Positions 30,449 through 41,600 of a stretch of 64,000 bases of DNA are shown here, piece after piece. Every line of letters starts with the position of its first letter. Within the stretch, counting starts at the first letter, position 1. This DNA comes from a virus, in the IMG/VR virus record IMGVR_UViG_3300032249_001455, positions 1 through 64,000 of that record. The stretch is one strand, 5' to 3'. Under the pieces are notes generated by a model. It was given only the letters and a program-made list of their open reading frames with translations, had not been told where the DNA came from and made no database searches. The position numbers were made by a program, and so were the translations under genes.

Positions 30449-31224
30449 ATAGGCCATTTTCTGCGGATTAGAAAGCCGCCGGGCTCCTTCTCCAGCCATT
30501 TTTTAAATCCTATTTTTCCTTCGCTCGTCTGCATCGCCTGTCTCTGCTGGATTCCGATGGTCTTGGGCGACTGTGATCCCATGGGCGTCGCCCTGTCCGC
30601 AGGCACGAAAAGCGGTTTGTTGTAGGTCGTATTGGGAAGCTGCTGTGGCCTTGCGAAGGAGTTCGTGTTTTTTATGTCGGCCAGCGTGGCATCAAAACTT
30701 CTGTTGGTTTTGTGGTCGTACACGCTGAATTCTATCTGGTCGTCCGGCTCCTCAATGCTTTCCTGTTCAAGTATTTCTTCTATTCCCGATGATAGCTGTC
30801 CTTTCTTGTTTGCGTCGTATCCGAAAAGTTCTATGTTGTTTGATCTGACCGCAATCCACCCTTCGTTCTTCATCACATAAAGGCGTGCGTCACCTCCACC
30901 TCCAAGAAGCTTGTAAACCTCCATGTTGATCCCGAGCTTCTTGATTATCAATTCGGCCACTTTGATCGAGGCGACTCCGCGTTCAAGGAGTGCGTAACGG
31001 ATCGCCTCTAGTAGTTCGGATGTGCTTGTGAAGGGTTCGTCGTGAATTCCCAGGTCTTCGGTGTCCAGGCCTAGTTCCTGGGCATAGTCCATGATTCTGT
31101 CTACATGGTCGGCCGCTATAGAATTCAAGGCGACCATTTCGTGGTTCTGATCTCCCACGTCGCCGTCCGCGAATTCAACTTGGCCCCCTTGAATCCAATA
31201 TTCCCCTCTGATCTTCGCCATCAC
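30445..31224 (-). CDS. Hypothetical protein
   Basis: 259 aa; C-terminal FKKWLE motif. Confidence 0.75.
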   Translation of the reverse strand: MMAKIRGEYWIQGGQVEFADGDVGDQNHEMVALNSIAADHVDRIMDYAQELGLDTEDLGIHDEPFTSTSELLEAIRYALLERGVASIKVAELIIKKLGINMEVYKLLGGGGDARLYVMKNEGWIAVRSNNIELFGYDANKKGQLSSGIEEILEQESIEEPDDQIEFSVYDHKTNRSFDATLADIKNTNSFARPQQLPNTTYNKPLFVPADRATPMGSQSPKTIGIQQRQAMQTSEGKIGFKKWLEKEPGGFLIRRKWPI

Positions 31225-31610
31225 ATGCTCCCGGGCTGGGGCTGGAAGTCCTGGGACATGAGTTTGTCAAGGTCTTCTATTCCAACGAGGAACTTCCTCT
31301 CGTCGGGAGTTCCGTCTATCTTGACGAATCCGCCTTCCCCGTCGTCCTTGTACTGTCTGTTTGTAATGGACTTGTCCGTCGTCTGCTTGACGAGAGCGTG
31401 CGTTATCTTTCCGTTATGGTCGCGCTTGAATCCAAGGACCTTGTACGGGGCTATGTTGCTTGCGGTCTTTCCGAACGAGAAGAAGCTTGCGACCTGAGGC
31501 TCGTGCTCGAGGTCGGAAGGCTTTATGCCCAGTTCGTCCCTGATCGAAGACAGGAAGGGATGCTTGTTCTCCTCCTCGCGGAGGAATTCGGAAAAAGTTT
31601 TTTCGGCCAT
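31221..31610 (-). CDS. Hypothetical protein with KTFSEFL N-terminus
   Basis: 129-aa ORF overlapping the downstream gene by 4 nt. Confidence 0.75.
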   Translation of the reverse strand: MAEKTFSEFLREEENKHPFLSSIRDELGIKPSDLEHEPQVASFFSFGKTASNIAPYKVLGFKRDHNGKITHALVKQTTDKSITNRQYKDDGEGGFVKIDGTPDERKFLVGIEDLDKLMSQDFQPQPGSM

Positions 31611-31651
31611 ACAAAAGATATATATCTGGGTCGCGATTTTTTAGGAGAAGC

Positions 31652-32044
31652 ATGGCTAGTCCGGCATTTTCAGACTTCCGAGAGCTAATGGACAGGTGGG
31701 ACGCTTCATCGCACCTGTTTTCCGAGAACGACCTGTGCATGTTCTTCAGGAAGGACGGCGTCCTGTACGGAACTACCGAGCCGGGAAGGATAACGTTCGC
31801 CCGGATGAAAAACCCCGAATCCAAGGAGGACGAGGACTGGATGAAGGACGCCACGTTCGTCGCCTACGACCTGGAGAAGACTGCCTCTGGGGAGAAGTCC
31901 ATGTCGGTCTTCGGACACAAGGAAGCGTCCAAGGCCAAGATCGTCAGTCAGGGCGACGCGGAGAAGGAGCTGAAGAAGAAGGGCAAGAGCCTTCCTGTCA
32001 TCAGCGACGATCAGGAACAGGACCGAACAATCGGCGAAAAATGA
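31652..32044 (+). CDS. Hypothetical protein
   Basis: 130 aa, AGGAG RBS. Confidence 0.75.
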   Translation: MASPAFSDFRELMDRWDASSHLFSENDLCMFFRKDGVLYGTTEPGRITFARMKNPESKEDEDWMKDATFVAYDLEKTASGEKSMSVFGHKEASKAKIVSQGDAEKELKKKGKSLPVISDDQEQDRTIGEK

Positions 32045-32223
32045 CCAAATTCACAACAATAGAAAGCTGGGCCAGCAACATAGGCTATGTCGTGGAGAAA
32101 AACGACGGCGGATTCGTATGGTACAAGGAGCACGCCTTGACGTTCCACAGGTGTTCCTCCGCCGAAGAGGCGGCCGAGCAAATACTTTCCGAAATCCGCC
32201 ATTCGCTGGGAGCGTCCGAATGA
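32041..32223 (+). CDS. Small hypothetical protein
   Basis: ATGA overlaps at both ends. Confidence 0.6.
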   Translation: MTKFTTIESWASNIGYVVEKNDGGFVWYKEHALTFHRCSSAEEAAEQILSEIRHSLGASE

Positions 32224-32882
32224 CCCTGCCCTTCGGCGACTCTACGGGCAAATACGTGTGCTTCTGCTGCGGAGTACAGTTCTCGGAATACGACGAGTTC
32301 AGGAATCACATAATTGAAAGCCACGAGGAGGGCAGGGAGTATGTCCGGTGTCCCCTGGAACACTGCAAGGCTCCCGTGAGAGACGTCAAGCTCCACATGA
32401 AGGTTAAGCACCCGAACTTCGACCTCCGCAACTTCAAGGGACAGGCAAGAGCCATAATATGGCACGACTTCTCCGCCAAGGGCAAGAAGACGAGAAAGCC
32501 CAAATTCAAGCAGGGCAAGTACGAGTCCACCAAGACCGGAAAGATACTGGGCTACCGGTCGGGACTTGAGGAGAAACTATACAAAGTGCTAGACCAGCAC
32601 GACGAGGTCATGTCTTTTTATTCGGAGCCTTTTAACATAGACTACATCCACAAGGGTCAGGCTCACAAGTATACGCCTGACCTCATCGTCAACTTCATGG
32701 ACGGCAGGAGGCAGGTGTGGGAGGTCAAGCCATCCAACCAGACCGATCTCGAGGTGAATAAGAACAAGTGGAGGGCCGCCGAGGAGGCCTGCAAGATCAG
32801 GGGCTGGGAATTCAAGGTCTTCACGGAGCAGGGAATCGACAAACTGGCGGTTGAAGTCAGAAGGCAGAAACTGGATGATTGA
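32220..32882 (+). CDS. C2H2 zinc-finger plus TnsA-like (T4 gp4-like) PD-(D/E)xK endonuclease
   Basis: CFCC..H..H and CP..HC..H..H; YRSGLE, SEP, YTPD, EVKP, GW.F.V.TE. Confidence 0.8.
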   Translation: MTLPFGDSTGKYVCFCCGVQFSEYDEFRNHIIESHEEGREYVRCPLEHCKAPVRDVKLHMKVKHPNFDLRNFKGQARAIIWHDFSAKGKKTRKPKFKQGKYESTKTGKILGYRSGLEEKLYKVLDQHDEVMSFYSEPFNIDYIHKGQAHKYTPDLIVNFMDGRRQVWEVKPSNQTDLEVNKNKWRAAEEACKIRGWEFKVFTEQGIDKLAVEVRRQKLDD

Positions 32883-32965
32883 AATCAGGGATGGAACCAC
32901 GAGAAGGTGATGCGCAACTTGGGGGGCTACTGCGGCAAAACAGTCCCCGGCGACTAGATATCGTC

Positions 32966-33772
32966 ATGGAATTCAGGGACTTCATGATCAACGAGTATGC
33001 GAGAAAACTCGCCAAGGCGTACGCTGACATCCTCAGGGACGTGCCCCAGAGTCCCGAACACCATCCCGAGGGAGCCGTCCTCAATCATGTCAGACTCGTA
33101 AGGAAGGCGATATCCGCCGCCATAGAGGAACTGAAGATCCTGAAGTCGGACCCCATCCTTGGTGATGTTCTCGCCAACCTGGATTTCAACATGACCGCCG
33201 AGGACATGAAAATACTCAATACGGCCGCATGGCTCCACGACATCGGCAAATTTTCATCCACCACAATAGATGGAATCCACTTCAGTAGCGCAGCCGGTAA
33301 GGACGGAAAGATACAGGCGATCGGGCACGAGACGCCCGCACACTACCAACCCCAGATCGACAAACTTTCCGGTCTGGCCCCCAAGGAGCTGGTAGACTTC
33401 TATGAGACGCACAGGGACGTCATCAACTTTCTCATAGAACGCCACATGGATTTCGCCCACGGAGGATTCGGCAAGGGGGTCATCGCCAGCTATTTCGAAA
33501 ACGGAAGGATCAAGAACGACAGGAAGATCAGACTTCTTCTTGTTCTAATGTGGTCCGACAAGATGGGTCGGGGAAAGGTGGCCGACCTCTCGGACAACAT
33601 ATTGAAGCTAAAGTCTGCGTCCGAAAAGAGCAGGCAGAACCATGCCAAACTTTCAAAGCAATCCAGGCCGTTCCAAGGCGGAGAGGACGACTTCAGAGCC
33701 ATGCTGAAGCAGAGGGGACTTTCGGACAAGGACATAGAATCCGCCGTCACCTCCAAATTCGGATTCCGATAG
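32966..33772 (+). CDS. HD-domain phosphohydrolase
   Basis: QSPEHHPEG.V..H, WLHDIGK, GHE, HM and D motifs. Confidence 0.8.
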   Translation: MEFRDFMINEYARKLAKAYADILRDVPQSPEHHPEGAVLNHVRLVRKAISAAIEELKILKSDPILGDVLANLDFNMTAEDMKILNTAAWLHDIGKFSSTTIDGIHFSSAAGKDGKIQAIGHETPAHYQPQIDKLSGLAPKELVDFYETHRDVINFLIERHMDFAHGGFGKGVIASYFENGRIKNDRKIRLLLVLMWSDKMGRGKVADLSDNILKLKSASEKSRQNHAKLSKQSRPFQGGEDDFRAMLKQRGLSDKDIESAVTSKFGFR

Positions 33773-33782
33773 CTCTCTGAAT

Positions 33783-34832
33783 GTGATGGCCAAGACACCC
33801 CTCTACGTATTCCAGTGGATATCCGACCTCGGCGGAGCGGACACCAGACTCAAGGAACTTCTGATCCTTCTGAAGGACGACTTCGAAATAACCTGCATTC
33901 CGAACGACGAGTTCAGGCTCAAGGAAAAGCACAATACTGACTTTCTTGACTTCCATGGAATCAAATACTGCATGCCCTCGTCCCTTCCCAAGAAGTTGGA
34001 TGGTTTCGCCTATGCGAACTGCAACTTCCGACTATTCGACGAGAGGGAGAGGATAGATTTCATATGCGGAACTGGACTCAGGCTCCTCTGGTCTAATGAC
34101 ATGATGTGGACCACCGCCAACGAGCTGGCGGGCATATCGAGGAAGCAGGTGGACTGCTGCCTCTTCACCTCGCCCTTCCACAGGGATGTCATAGGCCCCA
34201 GCACATTCAAGGCCAGACCCGATCAGAAGGCTGCCATACTGGACAACTACTTTGACAGCTCCACATGGGAGTACGTCGACAGGCCCACGAGGGATTCGGT
34301 TGTTTGCGGGAAGCACAGCAGGAACGACATGATGAAGTTTTCCGAGGATTTCCCCATGTTCTATGAGTCCGCAACAAAGGGCCTGCCGGTTTCCTACAGG
34401 GTCATGGGATGGAGCAAGGAGATATCAAAAAAGTACTCGTGGTTTAGTTTCTCCGACAGGTGGAGTCTTCTCAACACCAACCAGGAGCCGACCCGGAATT
34501 ATCTTTCATCCATAGACATCTTTCTTTACAACTGCAACCATAGGTTCATAGAGAACCAGAGCCGCGCCGTGATAGAGGCGCAGCTGACGGGCTGTCCAAT
34601 TGTGGCTCCCGGCAAGTGGAACTTCCCCAACATGGTCTGGGACAAGAGGACGGGCTTTCTCTGGGAGGATCTGGATGAACTCAGGGAGGTCATGGGAGAC
34701 CTCATGAATGGCGAGTTCAGAAAGAAGATCGGCAGGCTCGCAAGCCATGCGACCAGGGAGATATGGTGCGATAAGGAGTCTGCCAAAAGGAAGTGGAACG
34801 CGGTTCTCAACTATGTAGGAGGTGCCGGTTGA
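33783..34832 (+). CDS. Glycosyltransferase family 4 (GT-B)
   Basis: LGGADT and ENQSRAVIEAQLTGCPIV motifs. Confidence 0.8.
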   Translation: MMAKTPLYVFQWISDLGGADTRLKELLILLKDDFEITCIPNDEFRLKEKHNTDFLDFHGIKYCMPSSLPKKLDGFAYANCNFRLFDERERIDFICGTGLRLLWSNDMMWTTANELAGISRKQVDCCLFTSPFHRDVIGPSTFKARPDQKAAILDNYFDSSTWEYVDRPTRDSVVCGKHSRNDMMKFSEDFPMFYESATKGLPVSYRVMGWSKEISKKYSWFSFSDRWSLLNTNQEPTRNYLSSIDIFLYNCNHRFIENQSRAVIEAQLTGCPIVAPGKWNFPNMVWDKRTGFLWEDLDELREVMGDLMNGEFRKKIGRLASHATREIWCDKESAKRKWNAVLNYVGGAG

Positions 34833-35665
34833 AGACTCTCATATGGTCCGTAGCGTGGGGCGACTACAGATACATGCTTCAGTCCCTCATGAGTTCCATA
34901 AGGAATGTCGGGATAGAACACGACATTCTGACGTTCACCGACCAGCCCATTTCGGGCGTCGTCTCATGCGAGATAGACAAGGGCATAAATCTTGACTTCA
35001 AGCAGTACTGGAAATTCCACTACCTCAAGAAGATCAAGGATCTTGACTACGACCTCTTCGTATTCATAGACAGCGATCATTTCTTCGTGCGAAGGCCCGA
35101 GAAGGACTTCCACCAGATTATCGGGGGAGACCCGTGGCATTCCTTCCTAGAGTCGCCCATCAACTCCCCGAGAACCAAGAGGGGCGACTGGTGGGGCGTC
35201 CCCAACGACGCCATGGTGGAACTCTACAGGGGATTCGGCGCAAACCAGCGTGAGATATACAGCACGAACGGAGGCTTCTGGATGTGCAGGAGGGAGTTCA
35301 TGGATCACGCGGCAGACACGGGACTGCTCTTCGGCGAATATCAGAGGGGCAAGGGTCTAGACCTCCCGGAGGAGGTCGCCATATCGGTTCTCTCGCACAT
35401 GTTCAGCATGAACTATGAAGATAGATTTCATTACAGACATATGGACATATGGGCGAGCGAGTGGACGGGAGTCATGAAGGACAGACTTCCCGACGGTTCG
35501 TTCTGGGATTTCCAGGAATACATGACCATGGAGACCAAGAGCGTCAATCCCGCCATAGTCCACGCCATGAGGAGCAAGAACGCCCTAGTGGAGAATGGAA
35601 AAGAGATACTGAATCGCTCCGAATCAAGGGAATTCCAAGATTGGTTCGGGCAAATTGCCCGCTAA
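34829..35665 (+). CDS. GT-A fold glycosyltransferase-like protein
   Basis: FVFIDSD, NGGFW and EE motifs; TTG start overlapping the previous stop. Confidence 0.65.
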   Translation: MKTLIWSVAWGDYRYMLQSLMSSIRNVGIEHDILTFTDQPISGVVSCEIDKGINLDFKQYWKFHYLKKIKDLDYDLFVFIDSDHFFVRRPEKDFHQIIGGDPWHSFLESPINSPRTKRGDWWGVPNDAMVELYRGFGANQREIYSTNGGFWMCRREFMDHAADTGLLFGEYQRGKGLDLPEEVAISVLSHMFSMNYEDRFHYRHMDIWASEWTGVMKDRLPDGSFWDFQEYMTMETKSVNPAIVHAMRSKNALVENGKEILNRSESREFQDWFGQIAR

Positions 35666-35720
35666 TTGTTCGCACGCAATTGATATATATGTGGGCTGAC
35701 ATGATCCTCATGGAGTAGAA

Positions 35721-35984
35721 ATGAGCATAAAAATATCCGAGTTGCCCTCGGGAACGGCGGGACAGAACGATGTTGTTCCCGTCGCGAACGCTGCGGGGAC
35801 GCAGACTAGCAAGGTCACTCTCATGGGAATCGCTTCTCTTGCCACAAAGCATACTGTTGGTTTGGGAAAGATAACCGCGAACAATATTGTTTCATTTTCG
35901 GGACTGGACAATTCCGAGGTTAAGTTTGGCGGAGGGGGAGAGATTCTCTATAAGGAATCCGTAGTGGACGGGGGAGTTTTTTAA
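35721..35984 (+). CDS. Small tail-fibre-associated protein
   Basis: MSIKISELP N-terminus and terminal DGG.F motif. Confidence 0.6.
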   Translation: MSIKISELPSGTAGQNDVVPVANAAGTQTSKVTLMGIASLATKHTVGLGKITANNIVSFSGLDNSEVKFGGGGEILYKESVVDGGVF

Positions 35985-35987
35985 CTG

Positions 35988-38666
35988 ATGTCCAACATAA
36001 TCAGGCACAAGAGAACTTCGGTTTCAGGAAGGATTCCTTCCGTAGGCCAACTAGTAACCGGCGAACTCGCCATAAACTGCGCCGACGGCAAGGTTTTCAC
36101 CAAGAAGACTAACGGCGAGGTCATAGACATATCAGTTCAACAGTCCATAGACGGAGGGGAAATAATTTATGACTCGCTCCGCCAGGGGCTGCTGGGATTT
36201 TGGCTGTTTGACAGCGTGGTCGGAAGCGTGGCCGATGTGTCTGGCAACAACACTCCTCTTTTAGAGGGCTTTCTTTCCGAAAAGAAGCAGAGGCTACAGT
36301 CGCCAAATATCCTCGGTCCGCAGGAATCCTCGCTTGAACTGTCCAAAAACAACTTTTTTTACTCCCAAACTAATTTCCCGACGAGAAAGACCGTGGCTTT
36401 TTGGCTGAGGGTATTGGCCACGGAACCCTTCAGCGGCCCCGCGGATCCGGCCAACACGATTGTTTCGTTTGATTCATTCGCCGAAACAAACGGTCCGAGA
36501 ATCCGACTTGGAACGGGAGGAAGCGTAGAGTGGGTCAACGTGCGGACTGCGGGCGAAAATCCAGAGGTGGTCACCTCAGGAGACGACGCCGTCGCCGGAG
36601 GATGGCGCCACTACGCATTCGTCTACGACGATCAGGCGGGAACGGCGATTCATTACGAAAACGGCGAACTTGTAGATTCGGCCTCCATTGGCGGAGCCCT
36701 GCAGAACGCGGTTGACGGCAAATTCGTCATCGGACTCCACAACACAACCCCCGTACAAATGGACTGCCTTGGCGTTTGGAGCAGGGTCCTGACGGCAAAT
36801 GAAGTGAAGCGGCTGTTCGGCCCGTCGGAGGACGCCTCCACGAACATATCGCAGGGCAATGTCTATAGCGTGGTCGCTCCGGATAGACCGCAGATAGACC
36901 TGGAACAGTTCATGTTGTTCAACTTCTCCGACGCGATAACGAACATCGCGGTTTCCGTAGAGGGTTCTTCTTCGGCCATCTTTCCGGAGTTCTCGACAAG
37001 CGTCACCGACTATGGCGTCAAAACTGCCTCTTCTGCCGCGGGAGCCTTGGCCATCTTCACGTTGACCGTCAACGGAAACTCCTTTTCCGCCGTGGGGTCA
37101 GTGAACAAGCTGATCCGTGTCTCCAGCGGATCGCAGGAGTACTACATCAGGCTTCTTCCGTCCGACATCCAGTACGGGACATTAATCACTCCGCCAACGG
37201 AGAATTACATTCCCGGATATTACATCACGACAAGCAGAAGGGACATAGTCGCCGAAAACTACAACATCGTATACAACGAACACGGCCTGCCCATATGGTA
37301 CGTGCAAAACGCAGGCTCGCCCCACCTCGCCCAGCACGGCAACGACCGCAACAAGATCGGCGTAAGCCGCAACGGAACGGGAGCCCGCTATTCGATGACA
37401 GTGGGAAACACGGACATCAGCGCCCGCCAGTTAGAGTTCTTGCCCACAACTCGCAACGGAAACCCTTACCAGTACGTCTTCGGCAACCACGAGTTTTTGG
37501 AGGTCAAGAGTCCTCCGGACCGCCGAGGCAACATCATATACAACCACTTCATCGCGACGCCCTCGAACGGATCGCAGGCGCTCACGGACAAGTCCTACGG
37601 AGTGTATGTTCAGGAGCAGCGTCCGAACGGCACCATCGGCTGGGAGTGGTGGACTTCTGACGCCTTCGATCGGACGACGCTCGCCCGCAACGCTTCGTTC
37701 TTCCACATGAACTCGGTAGACTCGCATCCTGTCACCGGCGACATGCTCCTCAGCTGCCGCCAGTGTTCTGCAATCGTATGCCTTGATCATGAGACAAAAG
37801 CCGTCAAGTGGGTGTTGCAGGGATCATCACAGCTGTGGGGCGGAATCGCGCAGACGGCCAACGCCACGACTCTGGCCAACGCCAAATTCCTAGAGCTTGA
37901 TGGCGAACCCACGCTGGAAAGCGGTTATGAGTATCTGGGCCCGGAGGGGCAGCATCATGCTCGGTGGTGTCCCCACATAGATCCGATCACCCCGGGCAAC
38001 CAGATCATATCAGTTTTTGACAACCAGGTGGGCTTTTTCCCGGGCAGTTCAAACTCGCAGAAAACCGTCGCCGCTTTGTCGCGCAGCGGAACGACCGCAA
38101 CGGCGACCGTAGCAAATCACGGGTATGCGACGGGAGCGTATGTGAAGATGACGGGAGCCACGCCCGGCAACTTGAACGGCGTATATGCCATAACGGTGAC
38201 CAACACCAACACCTTTACATATACCACCGCCACAAGCGGCTCCGCAACGGCGACGGGATCGGTCAAGGCACAAAGAGCCCAGACCTATTTCCCCCACAGC
38301 GACGACCCCCGAGCGGTCGCCAGAGGCGTAATATACGAAATTGATCTGGTCAACAACAAGGCCATTCACCGTGCAAGCGTGTTTGCCCGATACGGCACGG
38401 TCAACTATCGCGGAAGCGGCTATTTGGGAAGCTATCAGGTTGAACTTCACGACAACGGCGAATATGTCCACATACTGAACTTCACCCAGCAGCACCCGCA
38501 GCTTGTGGAGTATGCCGACGGAGGAAACGGATGCCAGCCGGGCGAAGTCGTTCTCGCGATGGATTTCCCCGGCGACCTGTACAGAATCACAAAAGTTTCC
38601 AAGGACTATTTCGATTTGGACTTCTTGCGTTTGACAGCCGGCAAGACCGTAACATTTGTCACCTGA
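35988..38666 (+). CDS. Tail-fibre-like protein: attachment domain + LamG + arylsulfotransferase-like domain
   Basis: KRTSVSGRIP...GELAIN.ADGK; WRHYAFVYD LamG; FHMNSVD, GQHHAR, FDN (ASST-like). Confidence 0.75.
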   Translation: MSNIIRHKRTSVSGRIPSVGQLVTGELAINCADGKVFTKKTNGEVIDISVQQSIDGGEIIYDSLRQGLLGFWLFDSVVGSVADVSGNNTPLLEGFLSEKKQRLQSPNILGPQESSLELSKNNFFYSQTNFPTRKTVAFWLRVLATEPFSGPADPANTIVSFDSFAETNGPRIRLGTGGSVEWVNVRTAGENPEVVTSGDDAVAGGWRHYAFVYDDQAGTAIHYENGELVDSASIGGALQNAVDGKFVIGLHNTTPVQMDCLGVWSRVLTANEVKRLFGPSEDASTNISQGNVYSVVAPDRPQIDLEQFMLFNFSDAITNIAVSVEGSSSAIFPEFSTSVTDYGVKTASSAAGALAIFTLTVNGNSFSAVGSVNKLIRVSSGSQEYYIRLLPSDIQYGTLITPPTENYIPGYYITTSRRDIVAENYNIVYNEHGLPIWYVQNAGSPHLAQHGNDRNKIGVSRNGTGARYSMTVGNTDISARQLEFLPTTRNGNPYQYVFGNHEFLEVKSPPDRRGNIIYNHFIATPSNGSQALTDKSYGVYVQEQRPNGTIGWEWWTSDAFDRTTLARNASFFHMNSVDSHPVTGDMLLSCRQCSAIVCLDHETKAVKWVLQGSSQLWGGIAQTANATTLANAKFLELDGEPTLESGYEYLGPEGQHHARWCPHIDPITPGNQIISVFDNQVGFFPGSSNSQKTVAALSRSGTTATATVANHGYATGAYVKMTGATPGNLNGVYAITVTNTNTFTYTTATSGSATATGSVKAQRAQTYFPHSDDPRAVARGVIYEIDLVNNKAIHRASVFARYGTVNYRGSGYLGSYQVELHDNGEYVHILNFTQQHPQLVEYADGGNGCQPGEVVLAMDFPGDLYRITKVSKDYFDLDFLRLTAGKTVTFVT

Positions 38667-38678
38667 TGGTTTAAAAAA

Positions 38679-41600
38679 ATGGGCACAGAAATTAAATTCA
38701 AGCGCGGTACGGCATTGGCCCTGCAACAGTCGAACCCCGTTCTTGCGGCGGGAGAGCCGTGCCTAGAGACGGACACGAACAAAATCAAGTACGGCAACGG
38801 CGTGACTCCGTGGCGGGATCTGCCGTACGGAAACTCAGCGCTAGATGTTATAGACGGCGGTGAATTTACGGCCGGCGCTGTGCCCGCCGAGCCGGATATT
38901 TTTAGCCCGCCCACGATCGCTGGTTTAAAGCTGTGGCTTGATGCGGATAACGCTGATTACGTACACCGCGTAAATAACCGCGTATCGGTGTGGGAAGATG
39001 CGTCTGAATCTGGCGCCAAGTTTGTTCAATCTGGCAAAATGCACAGGCCGACTGTTAATAACAAAATTGCGCAACAAGATGTCGTGACGTTTGACGGCGA
39101 TAACGACGCGATGATCGGCGCGCTGAACCTGCCCGCAGAGTTTACGCTAGTAGTTGCGCTACGCCGTCGCGGCGCTAGCTCCGGCGGCAAATTAATCTCG
39201 GCGTACACGCAAAACAACGCGACCGAGCTTGTGCTTTGCGGCACCGAAACCGGCGTCGAATTAGGCGTCTTGTTTGACGGGGAATATTTAGCCTCGCAAC
39301 CGGTCGACAATATGACGCCGGTTGTGTACACGCTTCAATTTGGCGGCGACGGGCTTTCAACACGGCTCAACGGGCTAAACACACAAGCGGCCGAAAGCGT
39401 ATCTGTTTCCGGTCTGACATGTATGTCACTCGGCGGCGACCGCGCCAATTTTACCGACGACAACTACGGCGGCGATATTGCCGAGGTCGTTCTGTACGAA
39501 GGTGTTTTGTCTAGTGCAGACCTGCTTGACGTTGAAAATTACATGATGGAACGATGGGATGTTCAGCGTCTTGTACACCCACTGCTCGACAACATGAAGG
39601 CTTTTTTGCGGATGAACGAAGAGTCCGGGACGCGTTTAGATATCACGGCGGCCGAAATTCCTTTGACGCAAACCGGCGCCGTTGGTTTTGCGCCGGGCGT
39701 CATAGAAAACGCGGCAGAGTTTACGGCCGGAAATAACTATCTACAAGCCCCGAACGATCTCACATTTGCCGGATCTTTTTCTGCGTCGATCTGGTTCAAC
39801 CCTGCCGCGGTCACTGGTGGCGTATCAGAATTGATTCAGAATTGGAGCGGCACAGACGGCACTACGGGTCAAATGGCGCTCGCGTTCGGCGATGTCGGAG
39901 AAAGTTCTGCGTCGTTGTTTGGTTTCGTACGCACCGACGAGGGTGTTTATTCTGTCTCGGCGCCGGAGTTAGAAGCAAATCGGTGGTATCAATGTGTTCT
40001 GATATATGACGCCGACGCGAACGCGCTTCGTCTTTATAAAGACGGATTGTTTGTGGAAGAGGTGAGTGTTGTCGGAACGCTGTTGACGACCAACATTCCT
40101 CTGCGCGTCGGTATCGGCCAACAAACTGCGGAACAAAACGATCTGGGCTTTTTGGCTGATCAAATCGGATTGTGGGATCGCGCGTTGTCTTTGTCTGAAG
40201 TCCAGATGCTCTACAACTATGAGCTGGGCAAAGAAGACTTTGCCGCCGACTTTTACGGCGATAATGTTTCGCTGCTCTTGCATATGGACAAGCCGGCTAA
40301 CGCCCCTAGCAGGCCACTCGGCTCGCCGGCGCTGCTTCTGCACTTTGACGGTGCCGACGGCAGTACGAACATAGTTGATTCTTCGCCGCAAAACGGCACG
40401 GCGACGGCAGTAGGCGCCATTCAACTCAGCACAGCTCAAAGTAAATTTGGTGGATCTAGCCTCAAGTGCCCCGACACCTACGCTGATCATGTAGATGGTT
40501 TTGCGGGTGTCGACCTTTCGGCCGGCAGTTGGACAGTGGAGTGCTGGCTTCTCAGTGAGGGTCCGAATGTCGGCAACAACAAAACTGTTCTCAGCGCCGG
40601 ACATCAGCAGTTTCCAGACCGCTGGATCGTAGACGTATCCGTCGTTGATCACACGATTTACCCGCGCATTTACACCGTTGGAAACAGCATTTACGCCGGC
40701 GGCGAACCCCCCAACAACCCCAACGGCGGCGGCGCGACACCTACGCCGTATACCTACGGCACATGGGCGCACATCGCGTGGGTGAATGATGCTGGTTCTG
40801 ACGAATTTGCCATGTATGTTGACGGCGTCAAAGTTTACGACCGTGAATCTTTTAATCTGCCGAAATACGACACTGTTCAAATCGGCCAACAAGCGTCGGT
40901 GTTTGGTCCGGGCGAGTTCTACATCGACGAACTGCGGGTGATGAACATCGCGGTCTACACGGGCGAGTTTACGCCGCCGACGGCGCCGTTTGAATTTGTT
41001 GTGCCCCCCGCTCCGACAACGGAAATGTTTATTGATACATCTAGGCATCATCGCACGGTCACACCGGCCGGCGATGTTTACCTCAATATTGAAGATATCA
41101 AGTACGGTAACGCGAGTGGCGAATTTGCCGGCGGCTATTGCGAGCTTGATATGTCGTCAGAGCTTGCGTTCGGAACCGATGACTTCACCGTTGAGTTCTG
41201 GGGCAAACTGAACTACGCCCAGTATTCTGCGGTGTTCTCTACGGCGTCCAGTGCGCAGGAACCGGGCACCTACATTGTCGGCTTCCGCGACGACGCGAAC
41301 ATGTTCGGGTTTTGCTACGACATAGACAATTTCACGTTTATTGCGACAAATATCTCAGCACATTACAACACGTGGACGCACTACGCGTTTGTGCGGCTTG
41401 ACGGCGTGCTGAAGATGTATGTCAACGGCGTTGAAGCGGCATCCGCAACGACGGCTATGAATTTAGACGGCGGCGAGCAGACTACAGCCGTGATTGGCCG
41501 CCGCTGGACAAACGAAGATAATTACTACCTTGACGGTCTGATTGACGACTTCCGCATTACCAAAGGCGTGGCTCGGTACATCGCGGAATTTAATTCTCCG

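Noticed and set aside
32220-32882. Tn7-like transposon
   Set aside because: TnsA-like domain only, with no tnsB/tnsC or terminal repeats; better explained as a T4 gp4-like nuclease.
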